Below, piece by piece: positions 18,874 through 26,459 of a DNA stretch of 43,672 nt. Source of the DNA: an uncultured Prevotella sp. (GTDB lineage: Bacteria > Bacteroidota > Bacteroidia > Bacteroidales > Bacteroidaceae); NCBI GenBank assembly GCA_905373605.1, contig CAJPTO010000001.1, positions 1 through 43,672 of the forward strand. Reading direction: 5' to 3'. The position numbers and the translations under genes are program-made. The notes under the pieces are model-generated. The model was not told the DNA's origin, did no database searches, and saw nothing but the letters and a program-made list of their open reading frames with translations. Position 1 is the stretch's first letter, and each line of letters opens with the position of its first letter.

Positions 18874-19090
18874 TATATTTCTAACGATACGACAAAAGAA
18901 ATGTGCAGTTGCAAACATTTAATAACTTAAAAAGTGTAGATTGGACGTTTTTAAGGACGTAAAATGAGCTTTTATGGACCAAAAGACTTGATTTCAGAAC
19001 GAGCACCCTTTGCACAATGACGCGTTAGCTACCCGTCTTGTGGGGCTACCAAAGGATGATAGCCCACAACAAGCATCTTTGATGTTACGC

Positions 19091-19216
19091 TACAAGCGTC
19101 TTGTAGCCACGCTACAAGGGTCTTGTAGTGGCAGTACAAGGGTCTTGTAGTCACAGTACAAGGGTCTTGTAGTGGCAGTACAAGGGTCTTGTAGTGGCAG
19201 TACAAGTGGGATTGTA
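19091..19216. repeat. 22-bp tandem repeat with internal palindrome TACAAG-nnn-CTTGTA
   Basis: Units begin at 19091, 19113, 19135, 19157 and 19179, with a degenerate unit at 19201; consensus TACAAGGGTCTTGTAGTGGCAG. Confidence 0.9.
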
Positions 19217-19297
19217 CTGGATTGTTAGGCACAAGCCTGGTGGCAAAATAAAGCAACCTACCCGTTCTTATGGGCTAAAACCGGCCCTTTGCAGTGC

Positions 19298-20929
19298 TTA
19301 AAACGCGCTGTTTGGCCGCAAGTTGCCGTTTGAACCGATGGCACGGCTGGGTATGGGGAAGATGGTTGTATAGCCCGTGTCTTCTTTTTCCAGGGCGTGG
19401 CGCAGGTCATAGCTGTGCGTAAAGCGGCCAAACCGTATGAGATCTTGCCTTCGCCAGCCTTCCCACACCAGTTCCAGCCTACGTTCTTCCAGTATATTAG
19501 TTAGTGTGGCGGTGCGGGAGGGCATGCCTGCACGGGCTCGAACGGCATCCATCTCGGCCTGTCCGCTTTGTCCGTTGCGCACTTTTGCCTCGGCCAACAT
19601 CAGCAACACGTCGGCATAACGATACAGCACGATGTCGTTGTCTTGCAGTTTCCCGTCTAAAAAGGAGTGTCTGTCAATCTCGTACTTGGCCATGCGTGCG
19701 CCAGCTGTCTTTATATAAGGTGAGGTGGTGAGGTCTATGGCCACGTTCAAAGGCATATACACCAGCGGTTGGCCATTGTCTAGCCGTACCGTATCACCGT
19801 CTACCATCACCGTGTCGGCATAAAAGTTCAGCTTAAAGCGTGTGTCTAGCTTTTCTGGTGTGCCGTATCCAAAGGCGCGAACGGTGGAAATGGTGGCGCA
19901 GGGGCCGTTTTCCGACCCCATTCCCAATGCCTTGCCGTGGTTGTAGTGCCGCGAACGAAAGAGATATTGGTATTGGTTGGGGTAGATGTTCTTGTCCATC
20001 GGGATGGTGAAGATGTTCTCGCGCGAGGTTTCGTTGTGCACTTTGAAGTTGTCGGCATAGCTGTTTTCGAGCGTATAGCCGGCCGCTTGCAGCTTTTCGC
20101 AATAGCGGATGGTGGTTTGCCAGGCGTTAAGCTGCTCGTTATCGACGGTGAAAAGGATGTCCTTACCTGGCTTGCGGGCGTGGCGCACGGGGTTGTCGCA
20201 GGTGTAGACCTCGGCGTTTAACGCTAGTTTGGCCAATAGAAAATGAGCAACGGGGCGGGTTAGCCTGCCATAATACTGCCCTTGCAGGTTGGAATGGGCA
20301 TCTGCCAGATAGGGCGCAACCTGCTGCAACTCCTTAAAGGCAAAGCGAAACACCTCGCTGCGGCGTGTGTTAGACACCTCTGCAACTGACGTTTGGTTTT
20401 TCTCTAACAGCGGAACATTGCCAAAAAGGTCTATCAAGTAATAGTAATACATGGCTCTGATGGCCCTTGCCTCTGCATTGTAGGCCATTAATTGGGATTG
20501 GTTGAGCAGGCTTTTGTGCTTGTCTATGAGGGCGATGGCGTCGTTGCAGCACACCACCGATTGGAGAAGGTAGCACCAAAGGTTGTACAGTTCTAGGTCG
20601 TTGGCGCTCCATTCGTGGGTATACAGCCGTTTCCAAAAGCCGCCGTCGTACCAGTCGCCGCCCCTAATGGGCACGATGGCCTCGTCGGTTGTGAAGGTAC
20701 TATAATCGTATATGCCTCGGTTTGTGCCTTGAAGTCCGCTTCCATCTTCGACCGAACCGATGTTGTTGTACAGGGTGCCAATGCTGTTTATCCACAAGGA
20801 AGTGGGCGACGTGATGGCTTGGTCTTCCGAAATGCGGTCGCGTGGATCGTCTTCGAGACAGCTTACGAACATGCCCAGCAGCGCAATGGCCGCTAGGGTT
20901 AGGTGTATGATGTGCGTTTTGGGTTTCAT
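19298..20929 (-). CDS. susD: RagB/SusD family lipoprotein
   Basis: FVSC lipobox with LEDDPRD; EARAIRAMYYYYLIDLFGNVP; YRYADVLLMLAEA; ERRLELVWEGWRRQDLIRFG. Confidence 0.95.
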   Translation of the reverse strand: MKPKTHIIHLTLAAIALLGMFVSCLEDDPRDRISEDQAITSPTSLWINSIGTLYNNIGSVEDGSGLQGTNRGIYDYSTFTTDEAIVPIRGGDWYDGGFWKRLYTHEWSANDLELYNLWCYLLQSVVCCNDAIALIDKHKSLLNQSQLMAYNAEARAIRAMYYYYLIDLFGNVPLLEKNQTSVAEVSNTRRSEVFRFAFKELQQVAPYLADAHSNLQGQYYGRLTRPVAHFLLAKLALNAEVYTCDNPVRHARKPGKDILFTVDNEQLNAWQTTIRYCEKLQAAGYTLENSYADNFKVHNETSRENIFTIPMDKNIYPNQYQYLFRSRHYNHGKALGMGSENGPCATISTVRAFGYGTPEKLDTRFKLNFYADTVMVDGDTVRLDNGQPLVYMPLNVAIDLTTSPYIKTAGARMAKYEIDRHSFLDGKLQDNDIVLYRYADVLLMLAEAKVRNGQSGQAEMDAVRARAGMPSRTATLTNILEERRLELVWEGWRRQDLIRFGRFTHSYDLRHALEKEDTGYTTIFPIPSRAIGSNGNLRPNSAF

Positions 20930-20954
20930 TATGGGCGTGGTTTTGGGTGAGAAG

Positions 20955-23762
20955 TTAGAATTGAACGCTAAGCCCTAGCGAGAAAGAGCGATACGGAGGG
21001 TACGAACGCTTGTCGTCGATGCCAAGCGTGTTGTTTACTACATAGCTGTTGATGATGGGCGTTAGACCGCTGTAACCTGTGATGGTGGCGAGGTTGTTAA
21101 CGCTGAGCGACAGGCGCAGCGCGTTTACAAAGCGCGAGCGGACGGGCAAGTTGCAGCCGATGGTTAGGTAATCAATGTTGAGATAGTCGCCCCTTTCCAG
21201 CCAATAGTCGGTGGCGGTTTGGTCTTTGATGTTTTGTTTGGGTGCCTCGCGCAGCACGTTATAGTCGGGAAAACTGGCCATGTTCATATAAGTGAGCGAC
21301 GTTCCGTTGTATATCTTATGCCCGAAGGCACCGTTTAGCTGCATGGTTACGTCCCACATGCGATAGCGAAAGCTGATGTTCGACCCCAAAGTGGCCTTTG
21401 GAACGGCCTGCCCAGCCACACGGCGGTCGCCGCCATCTTCCAAATTGGTGCGCCCGTTGTTGTCTAGGTCGGCACAGGTGTAGCTGTACGAGCCGTCGGC
21501 GTTTTGGGTTAGTCCCGTGCAATGCGGCAGATAGAACACGCCAAGGGGCTGTCCCACTATCTGATAAGTAATGAAGTTGTGTCCGCCGTGCATGCCCGCA
21601 CCGGTCAATCCGCCAATGGGCGTGATGTCGGGCGACGACAATTGCTCGCCGTTATACATTCCTGTGAGCGACAGCAGCTTGTTTTGCTGGAACGAAAGGT
21701 TCATGTTTACGCTCAGTTCCATATCTTTTTTGCGGATGAGGTCCAGGCCAAGGCCAAACTCCATACCGCTGTTGCTCATGCTGCCGATGTTGGCCAGCAA
21801 CTTGTTATAGGCAAAAGGCGGCACGCTAACGTCGTAGTTGTACAGCATGTCTGTGGTTTTCGAGTGGTAGTATTCGGCGTAAACGTGTATGCGGTTGCTG
21901 AAAAATCCTGCCTCCATACCCACATTAAACGATGTGCGCGTTTCCCATTTCAAGTCGGGATTGATGTTGCGCAGTTGTCCCAAGGTAACGGTGGGGCGGC
22001 CGTAATGGGGCACAATGCCGTTGGGCATCAACATTTGCAGGGTGTAATAAGCCATTATTCCGCCCAGGTTTCCAGAGCGGCCAACGCTGGTTCGCAGTTT
22101 AAATTGGTCGAGCCAAAGCACGCTTTTCAGCCATTTCTCTTCCTTAACGTTCCATTCCAAGCCCGCAGAAGGGAAGTAACCCCACGTGTTGTTCTTGCCA
22201 ACAAGCGTCGAACCATCGGCGCGGAGCGTCAGCGAAAGGGCGTAACGCCCCAAAAGCGTGTACGAAAGGCTACCCATGAACGAGGTTAGCTTGGGCGATT
22301 CGTACCCACTTCCCGTGCCGTCTTGGGGGCGGATGCTGCCCGCGGTGAGGTTGTCGTAACCAAAATCGTTGCTCGAAAGGCCTTTCACCGTGGTGAAGAA
22401 GAACTGCTTGCGGTTGTTCTGATATTCTGCCGTGCCCGTCAGTTGCAGCTTGTGTGCGCCCCAGGTGTTGTTGTAGTTCAGTTGCACGCTGCCAAGTAGG
22501 TCTTCGCTTTTGTTTTCGCGGCGGTACATTTTGCCTTGCGCCTCGGTCCAAGTGGGTTGGAATATGTCGTTTTCGAGCGTTGTGAACGAGTACGAACCAA
22601 AGAGACGGGCGGTAAGTCCCTTGGCGAGGGGGAAGTCGAAAGACAGGTGTGTGTTGATGTTAAAGCCGCGGTCGTGGTCCTTTTGGTGCAAAAGTGCCAT
22701 GGGGTGGGTAATCTGCGAGGCCAGGGTGTTAACGTCCCAGCCTCCTGCGGCGTTCTGTTGGGTGGAGAAAGTGGGGTTTTGCGAGGCGGCAGAATAAAAA
22801 AGTCTCTGCGTATCGAGTATCTTTTTGTTGGATAACGACGAGCCGAACAGCCCGAAGTTAACGGTGAGCCAATCGTCGAAAGCCTTTTGCATGAGGTCGA
22901 ATTTGGCCGTAAAGTTGCGGTAGTTGTTGGTTCGCACCACCATTTGATGGTTCATCACGCTCATTGATGCGCGGTAGTTGCTTTGTTCTGTGCCGCCCGA
23001 AAAGGCCAAATGGTGATTTTGTATAAATCCCGTTTGCGTAATGGCGCGCAAGTAGTCGTTGTCTTCGCCGCCGTCGTTAACGCTTAGGCCAAGTGCCTTT
23101 GCCGTGGCAACGTAATTGCGCCCGCTCAGCATTTTGAGGTTTTTATACGCTGTTTCAAAGCCCACATTGCCGTCGTAAGAGATGTGGAACTTGCCGCGCG
23201 CCCCCTTGGCCGTGGTTACGATGATTACGCCCGATGCGCCGCGCGAGCCGTATTGGGCCGTTTCGGAGGCGTTTTTCAGCACTTGATACGAAAGGATGTC
23301 CGACGGGAAGATGGTGGAAAGCGTGGCAAGGTCGCTCGAAACGCCGTCGATGACCACGAGCGGGTCGTTTCCGCCCGTTAGCGAAGTGGTTCCGCGCACA
23401 CGTACGCTGGTGAGACTGGCTTGCCGTTGGTCGCCTCCACGCGACACATTTACACCGGCCAGGCGGCCTTTGATGGCGTCGAGCGGGTTGACGACGAGCC
23501 CTTTGTCGCCAAAACCGCCTGTCTTTTGCCAGACTTGTATCAGCGCGCGGTCGCCCTTTAGGCTGTCTAGGTCGATGGGCGACATGTTTCTAGGCGTGCC
23601 TTGGCCTACTTGTGCCACGATGTCGGGGCTGAAAAAGAGCAAGGAAAGGCAGGCTAAAACCACCTTTGCGCAAGGGCGAAGGCGCATGGCTGCATGGCTT
23701 GGGGCGTGGCTGGCGGTGCAAATGCTGCGCTGGGCGAGCGAAAAAAGGCTAGCGATGTTCAT
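20955..23762 (-). CDS. susC: SusC/RagA family TonB-dependent transporter, short form lacking the N-terminal extension domain
   Basis: VRVRGTTSLTGGNDPLVVIDG; LKNASETAQYGSRGASGVIIVTT; NPDLKWE; C-terminal LSVQF; the start could be 23687. Confidence 0.93.
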   Translation of the reverse strand: MNIASLFSLAQRSICTASHAPSHAAMRLRPCAKVVLACLSLLFFSPDIVAQVGQGTPRNMSPIDLDSLKGDRALIQVWQKTGGFGDKGLVVNPLDAIKGRLAGVNVSRGGDQRQASLTSVRVRGTTSLTGGNDPLVVIDGVSSDLATLSTIFPSDILSYQVLKNASETAQYGSRGASGVIIVTTAKGARGKFHISYDGNVGFETAYKNLKMLSGRNYVATAKALGLSVNDGGEDNDYLRAITQTGFIQNHHLAFSGGTEQSNYRASMSVMNHQMVVRTNNYRNFTAKFDLMQKAFDDWLTVNFGLFGSSLSNKKILDTQRLFYSAASQNPTFSTQQNAAGGWDVNTLASQITHPMALLHQKDHDRGFNINTHLSFDFPLAKGLTARLFGSYSFTTLENDIFQPTWTEAQGKMYRRENKSEDLLGSVQLNYNNTWGAHKLQLTGTAEYQNNRKQFFFTTVKGLSSNDFGYDNLTAGSIRPQDGTGSGYESPKLTSFMGSLSYTLLGRYALSLTLRADGSTLVGKNNTWGYFPSAGLEWNVKEEKWLKSVLWLDQFKLRTSVGRSGNLGGIMAYYTLQMLMPNGIVPHYGRPTVTLGQLRNINPDLKWETRTSFNVGMEAGFFSNRIHVYAEYYHSKTTDMLYNYDVSVPPFAYNKLLANIGSMSNSGMEFGLGLDLIRKKDMELSVNMNLSFQQNKLLSLTGMYNGEQLSSPDITPIGGLTGAGMHGGHNFITYQIVGQPLGVFYLPHCTGLTQNADGSYSYTCADLDNNGRTNLEDGGDRRVAGQAVPKATLGSNISFRYRMWDVTMQLNGAFGHKIYNGTSLTYMNMASFPDYNVLREAPKQNIKDQTATDYWLERGDYLNIDYLTIGCNLPVRSRFVNALRLSLSVNNLATITGYSGLTPIINSYVVNNTLGIDDKRSYPPYRSFSLGLSVQF

Positions 23763-24003
23763 AAATACGACTGTTTAGGGTGGTTGTAGTGGTGGTGACG
23801 AACGGTGGTGGGGTAGTGGTGGGCAGGCATTTGGGGCGGTTGCCTTGCATGTTTGCCCGCCACTATGGGTTGTTAAGGTTGCTGCAATGGGTGGTTGAGG
23901 CCCTTGCTTGTGGTTTGAAAGCCCTTGCTTCAGAGTGCATCTGGATGTTCGGCTTATGCCTTTTGCAAGTGGTTTCCCTTTTAGGCGGCCGGCTTAGGCG
24001 CGC

Positions 24004-24405
24004 TTATTTGTGGCTGTTGTAATATTCCAAGCCAACCTGCACGTTCTTCATGATGGCATCCGAAGAGAACGTTGCGCCCGTAACGGCATCGGGTTCGTCC
24101 TTCAAAGCCTTGCTCACGGTTTTTCCTTCCCAATATTTGAGCATGGGTCTAACCTTGTCGAAGAACTTGGGTGTCTCGCGATTTGGCAGTGCTTCCACCT
24201 TAACCACCTTGTTTTTCTTGATGAAAATCTTCACGGGTGTGGTGCCTTTGAAGCCCTTGATGTCGCGCGACAGCTCGGTGGTGTTGACAACGGTCATGCC
24301 GTTTTCTTTGGTTATCACGTTGTCGTTGCGGCTTGCGCTGGTGAGCGTCGCGGTGAAAGCCACGGCGGCTATGCCGAATAACAATCTACTTGTTGGTTTT
24401 CTCAT
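24004..24405 (-). CDS. Secreted FMN-binding (flavinylation-motif) protein
   Basis: Start at MRKPTSRLL; signal peptide; KGFKG...NRETP...DAVTGATFSS matches the FMN_bind D-x-x-[ST]-G-A-[ST] motif. Confidence 0.88.
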   Translation of the reverse strand: MRKPTSRLLFGIAAVAFTATLTSASRNDNVITKENGMTVVNTTELSRDIKGFKGTTPVKIFIKKNKVVKVEALPNRETPKFFDKVRPMLKYWEGKTVSKALKDEPDAVTGATFSSDAIMKNVQVGLEYYNSHK

Positions 24406-24484
24406 TTCTCTTTTTTGCTTATGATATATCGTTGTTGCCGTTGTTCGCAGGTCGCCTTTCGGGCTGTGCGTACGGCTTTTGTTG

Positions 24485-24492
24485 CAAAGATA
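24485..24492 (-). promoter_or_regulatory. -7 promoter element
   Basis: TATCTTTG on the minus strand, 80 bp upstream of the ATG at 24405. Confidence 0.55.
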
Positions 24493-24687
24493 GGAATAAA
24501 AACAGAGAAAAGCCACAAAGCGGCAGCGAAATATTCGCGTGCCGCGGATGATTTGTGGGCGAAAGTTTGTGAAAGGGCTTCTGCATGGCCGTTTTAGATG
24601 TGCCATAACCTGTATGTTTTTACTACCTCTTTAGGCTGCCACGGGCCTTTCAAACAGCGACATGAAACTTACGTAAAGGAGGTGAAC

Positions 24688-25110
24688 CTAATCGGTTTTC
24701 TTGCCTTTCAAACGCTTAACAACCCATTCTGGGGGCAATAAGAATTTACACCAATACACCACGGCTGCATCGTAACCGCCACTTTCTGCCTTCTGTTTCG
24801 GTGTAAAGATGTATAGTTTCCCTTTGTCACAAGGATAATCGGTATTGGTAGAATGCTTCTCGTGCATAGCCAAATATGTAGACGCATCACTCAAATCGTT
24901 TCCAGAAGGTCCTGTTAGAAAGCCGATTTTTTTATTTGTAATGCTAAAACTATTTCGCTCTTTATCAAAAAGAGCATTAAGACGTTCCCCGTCTTCGCTA
25001 TTTAGAGATACGAGATGTTCCACTCTGTCTTTTACTCCTGCATTGTGTTTATTCATTAAAGCACAGCCCCAAAATAACAACACAACATTGAAATATATTA
25101 TTTTCTTCAT
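24688..25110 (-). CDS. Hypothetical lipoprotein, candidate immunity paralog (ESGGYD family)
   Basis: Lipobox-like FWGC; KKIGFL...LYIFTPKQKAESGGYDAAVVYW shared with neighbours; AT-rich; downstream of Rhs. Confidence 0.75.
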   Translation of the reverse strand: MKKIIYFNVVLLFWGCALMNKHNAGVKDRVEHLVSLNSEDGERLNALFDKERNSFSITNKKIGFLTGPSGNDLSDASTYLAMHEKHSTNTDYPCDKGKLYIFTPKQKAESGGYDAAVVYWCKFLLPPEWVVKRLKGKKTD

Positions 25111-25152
25111 TATCTCGCGTACATTACAATTTATTAAAGTATATGCAACGGC

Positions 25153-25635
25153 TCATTTTTCCTTACGCCTACTTTTCTTCCGCAATCGCTTAACCATTGT
25201 CTTTATACTGTTCAGCTTTTTGCTTCCACAAACAATGGCCCCATCATAACCGCCGCTCTCCTTTATTTGACTGGCTGAGAAGAGATAGAGTTCCCCGATG
25301 GGATATGGTGTAACGTCTGTGCTGTCTTTCAATATTAGTTTTTCGATGTGAAAAAAGCTCATCTTACCAACTAAATTGGCACCTAGACTACCTGAGAAAA
25401 AGGCAATTCGCTTTCCTGCAAGTTCCTGTTTGTCGCCATCTTTCAATAGCGCTTGGATGTAAGTGGCTTCCAAACGGGTTAACTCCAAACGATTGTCCAC
25501 TCCCAATTCTTCAGACTTGCTAATAACTGTTTGAGGAATGTTCTTATACGCTCTTACAAGGAAAAACATTTGCCCAAACGCGTCCATGCTGGGATATGGC
25601 AGCAAGAGGAGTGATAGCATTATTATTATCTTCAT
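25153..25635 (-). CDS. Hypothetical exported protein, candidate immunity paralog (ESGGYD family)
   Basis: Start at MKIIIMLSLLLL; LGVDN...GKRIAFF...LYLFSASQIKESGGYDGAIV...VKRL. Confidence 0.75.
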   Translation of the reverse strand: MKIIIMLSLLLLPYPSMDAFGQMFFLVRAYKNIPQTVISKSEELGVDNRLELTRLEATYIQALLKDGDKQELAGKRIAFFSGSLGANLVGKMSFFHIEKLILKDSTDVTPYPIGELYLFSASQIKESGGYDGAIVCGSKKLNSIKTMVKRLRKKSRRKEK

Positions 25636-25680
25636 CTTAAAACGGTTTTGCATGATTACAATGATGCAAAGGAGGCGAAC

Positions 25681-26156
25681 CTAATCGCCTTTCTTTGCTT
25701 TCAAACGCTTAACAACCCATTCTGGACGCAACAAAAATTTACGCCAATACACCACGGCAGCGTCGTAACCGCCACTTTCTGCTTTCTGTTTCGCGTTAAA
25801 TACATACATTGCGCTTCCGCCAACAAGGTTAGCTTGGTTGTGTGTATACCGGAAATAGTCTGCCTTATTGCTCAGAAAACCGACTTTCTTGCCAATAAGG
25901 CTTAGCACTTGCGGTTTTATTCCATACACAACCCCAAAAAATTAGCTTCATGTTCATTGAGATATGATGAGTTGTCTACACCCATCTTATCTATTTCGCC
26001 CAATATCTCTGTGGGGATTTCTGAAAGCGCATGCACCTTTGCTTCATATATCCCCAACCTTTCAACTGGATAATTTGCAGACGGCACAACTAAAGCTGAT
26101 GAGGTGCAGGCAGACAAGAAGCCGCCGACGATGAATGTCACTAGAAGTTTTACCAT
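25681..26156 (-). pseudogene. Frameshifted lipoprotein, candidate immunity paralog (ESGGYD family)
   Basis: N-half MVKLLVTFIVGGFLSAC...MGVDNSSYLNEHEANFL and C-half YGIKPQVLSLIGKKVGFL...KAESGGYDAAVVYW overlap in different frames at a T6G4 run (25932-25941). Confidence 0.7.
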
Positions 26157-26160
26157 AAAA

Positions 26161-26457
26161 TTAACGATGTGGGATTTGATAAATGTAGTTGTTATACTTT
26201 TTTCCATTATACTCTTTCATTTCTGAAATTCTGTATGTTTCATTTGGGTGCTCTTTAGTTATCCTCTCCTTAACAAGTTGTTTGCGTTGTAACTTGTCGG
26301 GACGGCCATGAAATACAACATGGATAGTCCATGTACTGTCGCTATTGTACGTTTCGCTTACAATTTCCTTTATCTTGCAGTCTCCACCACTTCGGAGACA
26401 AGTACATGCTGCCAGCATGAATGCAAAACCAAGTTCAATATGTCTAATCAAATTCAT
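26161..26457 (-). CDS. Small lipoprotein, probable cognate immunity protein of the Rhs toxin
   Basis: Starts 3 bp after the Rhs stop; LAAC lipobox; 98 aa; AT-rich. Confidence 0.65.
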   Translation of the reverse strand: MNLIRHIELGFAFMLAACTCLRSGGDCKIKEIVSETYNSDSTWTIHVVFHGRPDKLQRKQLVKERITKEHPNETYRISEMKEYNGKKYNNYIYQIPHR

Positions 26458-26459
26458 AA

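Noticed and set aside
19091..19216. CRISPR array
   Set aside because: The period is only 22 bp, the linkers are 7 bp and mostly identical, and there are no cas genes; this is a tandem repeat
19029..19256. 75-aa ORF with repeated LYCHYKTLV
   Set aside because: An artefact of translating the 22-bp repeat
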